40,506 nucleotides of DNA, taken from Chloroflexota bacterium. Its GTDB lineage: Bacteria > Chloroflexota > Dehalococcoidia > SM23-28-2 > RBG-16-64-32. Below the pieces are notes generated by a model. It worked only from the letters and a program-made list of their open reading frames with translations, was not told the DNA's origin and searched no databases. Each line of letters begins with the position of its first letter. Position 1 is the stretch's first letter. The position numbers and the translations under genes are program-made. Location: assembly GCA_005882715.1 (NCBI GenBank), contig VBEI01000005.1:1-40506 (forward strand), read 5' to 3'. Positions 16,245 through 25,991 of the stretch are shown in pieces.

Positions 16245-18848
16245 GTGACAACCCCGCTTAGACGTCAGTACCTGGAGATCAAGCGCCGCTACCCGCACGC
16301 CATACTTTTTTTCCGTCTCGGCGACTTCTACGAGACGTTCGATGAGGACGCGGAGACGGTGGCGCGGGAGCTGGAGATCACGCTCACCTCGCGGCCGGTG
16401 AGCAAGAATCAGCGCGTGCCGCTGGCAGGTATACCACACCACTCCCTGGATTCCCATCTCGGCAAGCTGATCGCGCGGGGCTACAAGGTTGCGATCTGCG
16501 AGCAGATGGAGCCCCCAAAAGGGGGCAACCTGGTCGACCGCCAGGTAGTGCGGGTCGTGACGCCGGGGACTCTTGTTGAGGAGAACCTGCTGGCGGGAGC
16601 GGCCAACAACTTCCTCGCCGCCTATGTGCCGGAAGACGGGCTGGCCGGCCTCGCGCATGTCGACGTTTCCACGGGCGAGTTCGGCTGCTTTCAGGCAGAG
16701 GCGGCCGAGGCTGCCCTGGAGATCGAGAGGCTGGCGCCAGCGGAGTTGCTGCTGCCGCAGGGAATCACGCCGCCGGGGAACTCAACAGGGACGCTGACGC
16801 CGCTGGGCGGACACGCCTTCGAGGCAGAGGCGGCGGAGGCCCGGCTCCTTTCGCACTTCGGGACGGCTTCGCTGGACGGCCTGGGCCTCGCCGGGCAGAG
16901 CCTGGCGGCGCGCGCCGCCGGAGCGATCCTGGAATACCTCGAGGAGAACCAGCAGGCGGTTCTAAACCATATCTCGCGGCTCGCCTACCAGGGCGACGCG
17001 GGCTTCATGACGGTGGACGCCAATACGGCCCGCAACCTCGAGCTCTTCAAGCCCCTCATACCGGATTCGGAGCACTCACCGTTGTTGGGTGTGCTGGACC
17101 AGACCAAGACGGCGATGGGAGCGCGACTGCTCCGGCGCTGGCTCGGGCGGCCGCTTCTCGACATAACCGAGATACAGAAACGCCAGGACGGTATCCAGCT
17201 GTTTGTGGACTCCGCGGTGCGGCGGACGAGGACGGCGGCCATCCTCTCGAAGATCCCTGACCTCGAGCGGCTCCTAGCCCGCGTCTCGACGGCAGCGGCC
17301 GGTTCGCCGGCGGCGAGCGTGCCGCGGGACCTCGTCGCGCTGGGGAGAGGGCTGGACGCGGTCGACAAGCTGAGGGAGACGGTCGAACACGATCCATCTT
17401 CCGGCTCCGGGAAGCACGTGGTGCGCGAGGAGATGATCGCGGGCCTGCACCCCTGCCGGGAGGTGGTTGAGCTCGTTGGGGCAGCGATGACTGACGATCC
17501 GTCCGCGGATGGACAGGTGATCCGGCCGGGCTTCTCGAAGGACCTGGACTCGCTGCGCGAGACGGCGCGGGACGCGCGGCAGTACCTGGCCGAAATGGAG
17601 CGCCGAGAACGCGAACGCAGCGGCATCAAGTCGCTCAAGGTCGGTTACAACCGCGTCTTCGGCTACTACATAGAGGTCTCGAAGGCGAACGCGCGGGCGG
17701 TCCCGGAGGAATACCAGCGGAAGCAAACGCTGGTTGGTGGCGAACGCTATACGACGCCAGAACTACAGGAGCACGAGTACAAGGTGCTCCACGCGCAGGA
17801 AGAGCAGCAGGAGCTTGAGCGATCGCTTTTGCGACAGGTCTGCTCGCAGGTCGCCGCGCACGGGCAAAGGATTCTCGAGACGGCAGCGGCCGTGGCGCTT
17901 GTGGACGTCTCCTGTGGGCTGGCGGAAGCCGCCGGCAGCTACGGCTACGCGCGGCCGGTCGTGGATGACGGCGATGCGATTGTGATCCGCGACGGCAGGC
18001 ACCCGGCCGTCGAGCGCATGATGCCGGTAGGCACGTTCGTGCCGAACGATACGCAGTTGTCGTGCTCTGATGCGCAGGTCGTGCTGCTCACGGGTCCGAA
18101 CATGGCCGGGAAATCGACGTACCTACGGCAGGTGGCGCTGATCGTACTGATGGCGCAGGTCGGCTCGTTCGTGCCGGCGAGGGAGGCGCGGATCGGCGTC
18201 GTGGACCGCATCTTCAGCCGCATCGGCGCACTGGATGACATCGCAGCGGGGCGGTCGACGTTTATGGTCGAGATGCTCGAGACGGCCGCGATGCTGCACA
18301 ACGCCACGCCACGCTCGCTGCTGATCTTCGATGAGATCGGGCGCGGGACGAGCACTTACGACGGGATGGCGATCGCGCGGGCGGTGGTGGAGTTCATTCA
18401 CAACCGACCGGAGGCGGCGGCGAAGACGCTGTTTGCGACGCACTACCACGAGCTGACGGAGCTAGCGGCGTTCCTGCCGCGCGTCCGCAACTACAACGTC
18501 GCGGTGGCGGAAGAGGAGGGCCGGGTGGTGTTCCTGCACCGCATTTTGCCCGGCGGCGCCGACCGCTCGTACGGCGTGCACGTCGCCCAGCTGGCGGGGC
18601 TGCCGCGCCCGGTGATCGCGCGGGCCCAGGAGATTCTGGAGCAGCTCGAAACGGCGAAACCACCGGCGGCGTCCTCCGCGGAACGAGCGGAGAGGGCGGC
18701 CCAGCTGCCGCTGTTCGGCCGGGAGGACGGGCTGCGCAAGGAGCTTTCGGCGCTGGAGGTGGACGGGATGACGCCGCTGGAGGCGATGACGAAGCTTTAC
18801 GAGCTGGCAGAAAAGGCGAGGGGGGAGGAAGGCCGAAGGATGAAGTAG
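16245..18848 (+). CDS. mutS: DNA mismatch repair protein MutS
   Basis: TPLRRQY, FFRLGDFYE, TGPNMAGKST, STFMVE, DEIGRGTS, ATHYHEL, SYGVHVA. C-terminal clamp motif QLPLF. Start placed at GTG 16245 (ORF track gives 16200). Confidence 0.98.
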   Translation: MTTPLRRQYLEIKRRYPHAILFFRLGDFYETFDEDAETVARELEITLTSRPVSKNQRVPLAGIPHHSLDSHLGKLIARGYKVAICEQMEPPKGGNLVDRQVVRVVTPGTLVEENLLAGAANNFLAAYVPEDGLAGLAHVDVSTGEFGCFQAEAAEAALEIERLAPAELLLPQGITPPGNSTGTLTPLGGHAFEAEAAEARLLSHFGTASLDGLGLAGQSLAARAAGAILEYLEENQQAVLNHISRLAYQGDAGFMTVDANTARNLELFKPLIPDSEHSPLLGVLDQTKTAMGARLLRRWLGRPLLDITEIQKRQDGIQLFVDSAVRRTRTAAILSKIPDLERLLARVSTAAAGSPAASVPRDLVALGRGLDAVDKLRETVEHDPSSGSGKHVVREEMIAGLHPCREVVELVGAAMTDDPSADGQVIRPGFSKDLDSLRETARDARQYLAEMERRERERSGIKSLKVGYNRVFGYYIEVSKANARAVPEEYQRKQTLVGGERYTTPELQEHEYKVLHAQEEQQELERSLLRQVCSQVAAHGQRILETAAAVALVDVSCGLAEAAGSYGYARPVVDDGDAIVIRDGRHPAVERMMPVGTFVPNDTQLSCSDAQVVLLTGPNMAGKSTYLRQVALIVLMAQVGSFVPAREARIGVVDRIFSRIGALDDIAAGRSTFMVEMLETAAMLHNATPRSLLIFDEIGRGTSTYDGMAIARAVVEFIHNRPEAAAKTLFATHYHELTELAAFLPRVRNYNVAVAEEEGRVVFLHRILPGGADRSYGVHVAQLAGLPRPVIARAQEILEQLETAKPPAASSAERAERAAQLPLFGREDGLRKELSALEVDGMTPLEAMTKLYELAEKARGEEGRRMK

Positions 18849-18966
18849 GAAGAAGGGGTGTCGGCGTGATATGGCTCGGCTAGCGGGCCGGGTAGTCCGG
18901 CTTGCGTTTGGCGACGGCAGCTTAAGACTACCGAGCTACGTTCCGGCGGCTTGGCTGATGCCGGCG

Positions 18967-19926
18967 TTAGGCGACGCCAATTGAAGGGATTGTGTAGTCG
19001 CAGACCTGGTTCTTGCCGGTAAGTTTGGCTTTACGCAGAGCAGCGTCGGCGCGGTCGAGCAGAGTTGTCGGGCGGAGCTGGTTCATTGTGGCCGGCGAGA
19101 AGACGCCGATGCTCGCGGTGATCGCGATTCTGTGGCGACCCGCGTGCAGCTCCATCGCCGCGATGGCGAAGCGCAGACGTTCCGCGAGCTGCATTGCGCC
19201 TTCGAGCCCCGTCTCGGGGGCAAGAATGCAGAACTCGTCGCCGCCGTAGCGGGCCGCGATGTCTATCTCACGCACCGAGTTGCCGATCGCGATCGCTAAC
19301 TGGCGCAGGACAGAATCCCCCTCGAGGTGGCCGTGCCTGTCATTGACTTCCTTGAAATTGTCGAGGTCCAGCATGAGGCAGGATAGCGGGCTACCGTAAC
19401 GCTTGGCGCGGCGGCATTCCTTCTCCAGCGCGTCCCCCAGATAGTTGCGGTTGTAGAGGCCGGTGAGCGGGTCAGTAACGGCGCGCTTGTCCGTCTCCTC
19501 GCGCTGGCGCTCCTCCTCGGCTTCGAGGCGGGCCACTTCGAGCGCCTCGAGGATCGCGCGGGTAAGCGTCGTCGAGTTGATGCGTCCCTTGGCGCAGTAA
19601 TCGCGGGCGCCGCCGCGGATCGCGTCCTTGGCGATCAGCTCGTCGCCCTGGCCGGTAAGCATAATGACGGGCGGGACATTTTTCTTGCCGCTAATAGAGC
19701 GCAGGAAATCGAGCCCGTTCTCGCCCGGCAGGGAGTAATCGAGGAGGATGATATCGTAGCGTTCCGTCTCTAGGGCGCGCCGGCAGGACCTCGCAGATGT
19801 CACGTTATCCACTTCGAAGATAACTGTACTTTCCTCGAGCGCCGCCCGAACAAGGCCGACGTCTCCGGGGTTGTCTTCGACGACAAGCACGCGCAGGGTG
19901 GTCTTGGTCAACGTTTCCTCCCTCAC
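18967..19926 (-). CDS. REC-GGDEF diguanylate cyclase
   Basis: Receiver (VVEDN, LLDYSLP, MLTG), TDPLTGLYNR, RYGGDEF with RxxD I-site (REID). Confidence 0.95.
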   Translation of the reverse strand: MREETLTKTTLRVLVVEDNPGDVGLVRAALEESTVIFEVDNVTSARSCRRALETERYDIILLDYSLPGENGLDFLRSISGKKNVPPVIMLTGQGDELIAKDAIRGGARDYCAKGRINSTTLTRAILEALEVARLEAEEERQREETDKRAVTDPLTGLYNRNYLGDALEKECRRAKRYGSPLSCLMLDLDNFKEVNDRHGHLEGDSVLRQLAIAIGNSVREIDIAARYGGDEFCILAPETGLEGAMQLAERLRFAIAAMELHAGRHRIAITASIGVFSPATMNQLRPTTLLDRADAALRKAKLTGKNQVCDYTIPSIGVA

Positions 19927-20870
19927 ATTGCGGCAGCAGGGCGCGGCGGCTGTCCGCGCACCCGGTTCTTGCCTTCGACCTTTGCTTGCCTGAGCGCACG
20001 GTCGGCGCAGGCGAGCATCGTGTCGGGTGTCATCTCGTGTTCATCGCTCGAGGTGCAGGCGCCGATGCTAACGGTGATAGCTATCGCTCCGTCGCCGACG
20101 GCGAGGCCCTGTTCGGCGATCGAGTCGCAGATGCGCTCGGCGGCGAGCATCGCGGCGCTCTGGCTGGCTTCCGGCATGATGACGACGAATTCCTCGCCGC
20201 CGAAGCGGATCACCACATCGGTCTCGCGTACGCACTGGCTGATGGTCGCCGCGACCTGTTTGAGCGCGACGTCGCCGACGAGATGGCCGTGAATATCGTT
20301 GTAGGTCTTGAAGTCGTCCAGGTCGATCATCAAGCAGGCGAGGTCGCGCCGGTAGCGGCGGGCGCGGTTACACTCGCGATCGAGCGACTGCGCCATATAG
20401 CGGCGGTTATAGACGGCGGTCAGCTCGTCTGTGATGGCGAGGCGCTCCAGTTCCTCGCGTAGGCGCTTCTCCTCGCGGCCCCAGCGGTAGTTCTCGAGCG
20501 CCTGGTGGATCGCATGCGCGAGGATCTGGGAATTGATGGCGTTCTTGGGGAAGTAGTCGTAGGCGCCACTGTTCATAGCCTCCGCGGCGACGCGCCCGTC
20601 GCCCCAGCCGGTCAGCATGATCACCGGTGGCTGGTCACCGTCAACGTTCAGACGCCGAAGGAAGCTGAGGCCGTCCTCGCCCGGCAAGCTGTAGTCGAGG
20701 AGGAGCAGGTCGAATGGGATCGCGGCCATCCTGTCGAGGCATTCAGCCGTTGAGCGGACGCGCTCGAGGACGTAGTTGACCGCGGTGTACTTGCCGAGCA
20801 TTCGTTTGACGATCTCGGCATCGTGATCATTGTCCTCTACGAGAAGGACGCGCACTGATGTCCTGGCCAT
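19923..20870 (-). CDS. REC-GGDEF diguanylate cyclase (paralog)
   Basis: Receiver (LVEDN, LLDYSLP), TDELTAVYNR, RFGGEEF with RxxD I-site (RETD). Confidence 0.95.
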   Translation of the reverse strand: MARTSVRVLLVEDNDHDAEIVKRMLGKYTAVNYVLERVRSTAECLDRMAAIPFDLLLLDYSLPGEDGLSFLRRLNVDGDQPPVIMLTGWGDGRVAAEAMNSGAYDYFPKNAINSQILAHAIHQALENYRWGREEKRLREELERLAITDELTAVYNRRYMAQSLDRECNRARRYRRDLACLMIDLDDFKTYNDIHGHLVGDVALKQVAATISQCVRETDVVIRFGGEEFVVIMPEASQSAAMLAAERICDSIAEQGLAVGDGAIAITVSIGACTSSDEHEMTPDTMLACADRALRQAKVEGKNRVRGQPPRPAAAM

Positions 20871-21325
20871 TACGCCACTCCTCCGGAAGCGGTTGCCGGC
20901 GGCAGCGTAGCTATCACGATCCAGTACTCCTGGATTGCAGTCACCACCTTGATGAAGTCCTCGAAGCGGACGGGCTTCGAGATGAACGTATTCACCCCCA
21001 GGTCGTAGCTACGCACGACATCCTCCTCGCGCGTAGAAGTGGTGAGGACGATGACGGGGATGCGCCTGAGCTCGGGGTCGCCTTTGATCCGTGAGAGGAC
21101 TTCCCGGCCGTCGACGCGCGGCAGGTTGAGGTCGAGGAGGATTAGGCCCGGAAGAGACGTCTCGCTGCGGGAGCCGAACAGAATGTCGAGCGCTTCCTGA
21201 CCATCGCGGGCGACGGTCAGCTCGTTCTTCACCTGGCCCTTCGCTAGAGCGCGCCGGGTGATCTCGATGTCGTTCGGGTTATCCTCGACGAGCAAGATCC
21301 TAAACGGCGCGAGCGTACTTTCCAT
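20870..21325 (-). CDS. Single-domain response regulator (Rcp1-like)
   Basis: LLVEDNPND, LLDLNLP, LTTS, KP and YW pattern. Confidence 0.93.
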   Translation of the reverse strand: MESTLAPFRILLVEDNPNDIEITRRALAKGQVKNELTVARDGQEALDILFGSRSETSLPGLILLDLNLPRVDGREVLSRIKGDPELRRIPVIVLTTSTREEDVVRSYDLGVNTFISKPVRFEDFIKVVTAIQEYWIVIATLPPATASGGVA

Positions 21326-23903
21326 CCTGTTCCTCCTGTCCGGGTTGCCTGGCCGCGGTGCGCGGTATCGTGAAGAGAAAGGTTGTGCCTTCGCCGGGCG
21401 CTGATTCCACCCAGATGCGTCCTCCGTGCGCTTCCACTACCTTCTTGCAGATGGCGAGGCCGACGCCGGTGCCCTCGTACTCTTCACGGTGGTGCAGACG
21501 TTGGAAGATCTTGAAGATCTTTTCGTAGTATTCCGGCGCGATGCCGATGCCGTTATCGCGTACGGCGAAAGTGAATACGCGGTTGTCCGAGCGGCAGCCG
21601 ACCTCGATCTTTGGCTGCGGCTTGTCGTTGTACTTTACGGCGTTCGAGATCAGGTTCTTGAAGACCTCACGTATGCGGGCCCGATCGCAGGGGACGGTAG
21701 GCATGTCCGGATCGATGAACAGCTCGACGCGCTTCTCCTGGAGGGCGAAGCTGAGCTCGAGGCTCACGTCCTGGACGAGCGAGCTCACGCCGACCGGCGC
21801 TTGGTCGAGGCGCGTGCGACCGATCCGCGAGAGCTGGAGCAGGTCGTCGATGAGGTCCTTCATACGAACGGCGCTCTCGCGCAGCACGTTGACGTAGCCC
21901 TGTCCCTGCTCGTCGAGCTTGTCAGCATAGTCCTCCGCGATGAAGCCGGCGAACGCCTCGATGCCCCTCAGCGGCTCCTTGAGGTCGTGCGAGACGCTGT
22001 GGGTGAAGTCTTCGAGCTCGGAATTGATGCGGGTCAGCTCCCGCGTCTGGTGCGCCAGCGCCTCCTCGGCCTGCTTGCGTTCAGTAATGTCGCGAACGAA
22101 GGCGCTGAAGATATGGCTACGGCCCCAGCGGATCGGCGAGATTGTCATCTCGATTGGAAAGAGGTGGCCGTCTTTGTGCAGACCTTCAAGCTCGACCCGC
22201 CGGTTGAGCATCGGACCTTCGCCGGTGAGTACAAAGCGGTGCAACCCTTCCAGGTGCGCTTCCCGATGCCCCGGAGGGATGACGGTGTCGGCCAGGGTGC
22301 GACCCACCGCCTCTTCTCGCTTCCAGCCGAAAGTAAGCTCTGCCTGCGGGTTCCAGTCCTTGATTACGTCGCCGGCGTCGATAGCCACGAAGGCGTCATT
22401 TGCCGTGTCGATAATCGACCGGGTCCGCATCTCGTTCTGGCGGAGGGCGTATTCGATCTGCTTGCGCTCGGTGATGTCCTGAGCGGTGCCCAGCAGCCGC
22501 ACCGGCTCGCCCTCGTCGTTGTGGACGACTTTGCCTTCGCCGTGTGCCATGCGGATTGCCCCGTCCGGCCGGACGATCCGATAGTCGAAGGCGAACGGGT
22601 CTCCGCTACGCAGTGTGCGGGCGATATTCTGCTCGACCTGTGTGCGGTCGTCCGGGTGGACCCTTTGTAGAAAGACCTCGTAGCCGGGTTGTACGTCGCC
22701 GGGCTCATAGCCGCACACGCGGAACATCTCGTCGGACCAAGTGACGGCGTTGGTTACGATATCCCACTCGGCGCTGCCCACGTGCGCGATCCGTTGTGCC
22801 TCCGCGAGCTGTGCTTGGCCCTTGTTCAGCTCATCCTGGGCGCGTTGCCGCTCGACATCGAGCCGGTAGAGCGAGCCGGAGTTCCACCAGGTGAGAGCAG
22901 CGAAACTGACGATGCTCCAGATGACGACGAGAAAGACGCCGAATGCGGGCCCGTGCAGGCCTGCCTCTTCGTCGAGCACCGTCACCCAGCCGAGCAGCAG
23001 GGGGATAAGGATAGCGGCCGGCAGGAGCCTGCGTGCCATAACGCCACCCGCGGCATCGCTGGTGACAATGGCGAGAAGACCGTGGTCCTGGCGGGTCAGG
23101 AGTATGCCGGACGAAAGGAGGAGGAAACAGAGCGTAGAGTGCAGCGCCATGGCCGTCGATGAGCCGCCGGCATAGAGCGAGCCGACGCCGTAGACGTAGC
23201 CGATGAACGCCGTCAGGGAGACCAGCGCCGCGAGGATCGTGAGCAGTTGCGCGACCGGATAGCAGCGCCGGACATCGAGCACCAACAGAGATACGCCAAT
23301 GAGGAAAAGGCAGAGCGCGGAGGTGGGCGCCATGCGGGCCGGGGCCGACGTGCCGAGGGCTCCGGCCGGTTCGCTGAAGAGCAAATGGTCGATATTCAGG
23401 TTCCAGCCGTAAAGGTATTCGCTGAGCGTTAGGAAGCCGATCACGGCCACCACGAATGCGGACGCAAGCGCAACGAAGCGCAGATGCCCGTTCGTGGGGC
23501 CTGTGGAGAGCAGGTGGAGAGTCACGCCGCTGAGGACGAACGCCATCGCCACATTTGGCTTCATTGAAACGAAACCGGAAGAGATGCTCTTGACAACGGT
23601 AAGATCCAATGCCCAGCCGGCGAGGACCAGCGCCCCGGCCAAGCTCACGGCCAGGCCTGCGCCCTTAGCAAACGATTGGAGCGCCAAGACCAGCCTGGGA
23701 TTGGGCGTAACGAACGGGAAGAGGTCGAACCGCTCCCATAGCGTCACAGAGACACGGTCCCCGCTCGCTGGCGGATGCTTGTTCGTAGCACGCGAGGAGG
23801 TCTGGCTTGAACCATTGCTCTCGTCCGCCGGCTCTTGCTGGACGGGGGTAGTGGACACCCGGCTGCGCTCTAGGATCGCAGCCGCGTGTTCGAGGTAGGT
23901 CAT
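21300..23903 (-). CDS. Membrane-bound sensor histidine kinase with two PAS domains
   Basis: Multiple N-terminal TM helices, two PAS/PAC, H-box SHDLKEPL, N-box NLISNAVKY, DNGIG, GTGVGL. Start uncertain (ATG 23903 or TTG 23933). Confidence 0.95.
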   Translation of the reverse strand: MTYLEHAAAILERSRVSTTPVQQEPADESNGSSQTSSRATNKHPPASGDRVSVTLWERFDLFPFVTPNPRLVLALQSFAKGAGLAVSLAGALVLAGWALDLTVVKSISSGFVSMKPNVAMAFVLSGVTLHLLSTGPTNGHLRFVALASAFVVAVIGFLTLSEYLYGWNLNIDHLLFSEPAGALGTSAPARMAPTSALCLFLIGVSLLVLDVRRCYPVAQLLTILAALVSLTAFIGYVYGVGSLYAGGSSTAMALHSTLCFLLLSSGILLTRQDHGLLAIVTSDAAGGVMARRLLPAAILIPLLLGWVTVLDEEAGLHGPAFGVFLVVIWSIVSFAALTWWNSGSLYRLDVERQRAQDELNKGQAQLAEAQRIAHVGSAEWDIVTNAVTWSDEMFRVCGYEPGDVQPGYEVFLQRVHPDDRTQVEQNIARTLRSGDPFAFDYRIVRPDGAIRMAHGEGKVVHNDEGEPVRLLGTAQDITERKQIEYALRQNEMRTRSIIDTANDAFVAIDAGDVIKDWNPQAELTFGWKREEAVGRTLADTVIPPGHREAHLEGLHRFVLTGEGPMLNRRVELEGLHKDGHLFPIEMTISPIRWGRSHIFSAFVRDITERKQAEEALAHQTRELTRINSELEDFTHSVSHDLKEPLRGIEAFAGFIAEDYADKLDEQGQGYVNVLRESAVRMKDLIDDLLQLSRIGRTRLDQAPVGVSSLVQDVSLELSFALQEKRVELFIDPDMPTVPCDRARIREVFKNLISNAVKYNDKPQPKIEVGCRSDNRVFTFAVRDNGIGIAPEYYEKIFKIFQRLHHREEYEGTGVGLAICKKVVEAHGGRIWVESAPGEGTTFLFTIPRTAARQPGQEEQDGKYARAV

Positions 23904-24148
23904 GCGCTTGACGCGCGATTCCGTTTCGGCCAAGCGGGCAGTCCGCCTTTCCGCGTGTCTTAGTCTCGTTATTGGCGTCTAAATGGGCCGCACCCTACAT
24001 ATAAGAGTCCCGAACAATCCCGCGTGTTACAGACATTTCCCAATGCGAGCGGACACCGTTTCCGCAGGCGAGACACGTAGCAACGCGGGGGGCGCAAGCC
24101 ATTTTTACTAGGCGAACGGACGTGCTAGAATCAGCGCGAGGAAACCGT

Positions 24149-25912
24149 TTGCCGATCCGCGTACTGCCGCCGGAAGTCGCCGCTCGCATCGCCGCCGGCG
24201 AAGTGGTGGAGCGTCCCGCTTCTGTGGTCAAAGAGCTCGTGGAGAATGCGCTGGACGCCGGCGCCTCTCGCATCGTCATCGAGGTGACATCCGGCGGGCT
24301 CGATTCAATACGAGTGAGCGACGACGGTTGCGGCCTCGAGGCACCCGAACTTCAGGTTGCATTTCAGCGTCACGCCACGAGCAAGCTCGCAAACGACGCG
24401 GACCTGGCAAGCGTTCTGACTCTCGGCTTCCGCGGCGAGGCTCTGCCTTCGATAGCGGCGGTGGCGGAGGTCGAGATGGTATCGCGGCCGGCCGCGACCG
24501 ATTCGGCGGCAAAACTCCGTCTCGTGCCCGAGGCGCCGCTCGAACTCTCCACCTGCGGCGCGCCGGTGGGCACATCGGTTACGGTCCGCCGGCTGTTCGC
24601 CCGCCTCCCGGCGCGGCGCAAGTTCCTGCGCTCAGCTGCGAGCGAGACAAACGGCGTGACGGCGGTGGTGAGCCACCACGCGCTCGCCTACCCGGAGGTG
24701 CGCTTCACGCTCACTCTCGACGGCAGGCAGGCGCTACAGACGCCGGGGAGCGGTGAGCCACGCGACGCTCTCGCTGCTGTCTACGGTGCGGAAGCGGCGG
24801 CGGCGATGCTGGAGGTCGGGAAGAAGGAACCGGGAACGGGGAATCGGGAGACTACGAGCGCCGTTTGCGTGGATGGGCTAGTGGGGCCGCCGCAAATTTC
24901 GCGTGCTGGGCGGCAGTACATCAGCATCATCGTGAACCAGCGCTGGGTCCAGAACCGGCGCCTCACCTTCGCCGTCGAGGAGGCGTATCAAGGGCTGCTG
25001 ATGGCGGGCCGCCATCCTCTGGCTGTCCTCCATTTACGAGTGCCCGCCGAGGAGGTGGACGTCAATGTCCATCCGACGAAGGCGGAGGTGCGTTTCCGCG
25101 ACGAAGGGGCCATATTCGGCGCCCTCCAGCGGGCGGTGCGCTCAGCGCTGCTCGCGGGCGCGTCAGTACGCGACGCCTCCAGCCTCGTAGGTGCGCCGCC
25201 ACTTGAGCTGTCACCGCAGCCTTCGGCGCCGCTGCTTTGGGAGCACGGCGTGCGCGTGGCCGCCGCGACAGCTCCCGATGCGCCCGCCGGCCGCCCGCCG
25301 GCCAACGGCGAGGCGTCCGGCGTCGCCGCTACGCCGTCGCAGGCATTGCCGGTGATGCGCGTTATCGGTCAGATGGGCGGCACCTATATCATCGCCGAGG
25401 GCCCGCACGGAATGTACTTGATCGACCAGCACGCGGCGCACGAGCGGGTGCTTTACGAACGCTTCTGGCGGAGGCGACAGGAGGGCGCGCCGGAGGTCCA
25501 GGGCCTGCTGGAGCCGTTGACGCTCGAGCTGTCGCCGCGCCAGCGGACGCTGCTCGCCGAGCAGGCGGAGGCCCTCGCCGGACACGGCTTCGACATCGAG
25601 CCATTCGGGGCCGGCGCCTCCGTGCTGCGGGCGCTCCCGCGGTCTCTTGCCCGCGGGGACGCCCGGCAGGCGGTGCTTGAGTTCGTCGACATGATGTTTG
25701 AGGAGGGTGAGGGCGACCGGCGCGACCGCGTGGCGATGTCGCTGGCCTGTCACGGGGCGGTCCGCGCGGGAAAGACGCTCTCGCTGGAGGAGATGCGAGA
25801 CCTGGCCGGGCAGTTGGAGGATTGCGAGGCGCCCAGCACCTGCCCGCACGGGCGGCCGACGATGATCCACCTGAGCGCAGAGACATTGGCGCGGGAATTC
25901 GGGCGGCGATAG
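24149..25912 (+). CDS. mutL: DNA mismatch repair endonuclease MutL
   Basis: IAAGEVVERP, ENALDAG, RHATSK, GFRGEAL, DVNVHPTK, endonuclease DQHAAHERVLYE, ACH, CPHGRP. TTG start chosen from GAGGA RBS and TGCTAGAAT extended -10 at 24123-24131. Confidence 0.97.
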   Translation: MPIRVLPPEVAARIAAGEVVERPASVVKELVENALDAGASRIVIEVTSGGLDSIRVSDDGCGLEAPELQVAFQRHATSKLANDADLASVLTLGFRGEALPSIAAVAEVEMVSRPAATDSAAKLRLVPEAPLELSTCGAPVGTSVTVRRLFARLPARRKFLRSAASETNGVTAVVSHHALAYPEVRFTLTLDGRQALQTPGSGEPRDALAAVYGAEAAAAMLEVGKKEPGTGNRETTSAVCVDGLVGPPQISRAGRQYISIIVNQRWVQNRRLTFAVEEAYQGLLMAGRHPLAVLHLRVPAEEVDVNVHPTKAEVRFRDEGAIFGALQRAVRSALLAGASVRDASSLVGAPPLELSPQPSAPLLWEHGVRVAAATAPDAPAGRPPANGEASGVAATPSQALPVMRVIGQMGGTYIIAEGPHGMYLIDQHAAHERVLYERFWRRRQEGAPEVQGLLEPLTLELSPRQRTLLAEQAEALAGHGFDIEPFGAGASVLRALPRSLARGDARQAVLEFVDMMFEEGEGDRRDRVAMSLACHGAVRAGKTLSLEEMRDLAGQLEDCEAPSTCPHGRPTMIHLSAETLAREFGRR

Positions 25913-25991
25913 TCGCGTCACACAAGAGCGGGAAGCGTCATAGAACCGACCAGGGGCGGATGATTCACGTCGGCGGTGCTTGATCGACTGA

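Noticed and set aside
21426-22670. 414-aa plus-strand ORF and similar long overlapping ORFs (e.g. 9637-10464, 11053-11901, 27991-28851, 32196-32933)
   Set aside because: These are antisense shadows of well-supported genes, expected in high-GC DNA, with no recognisable motifs.
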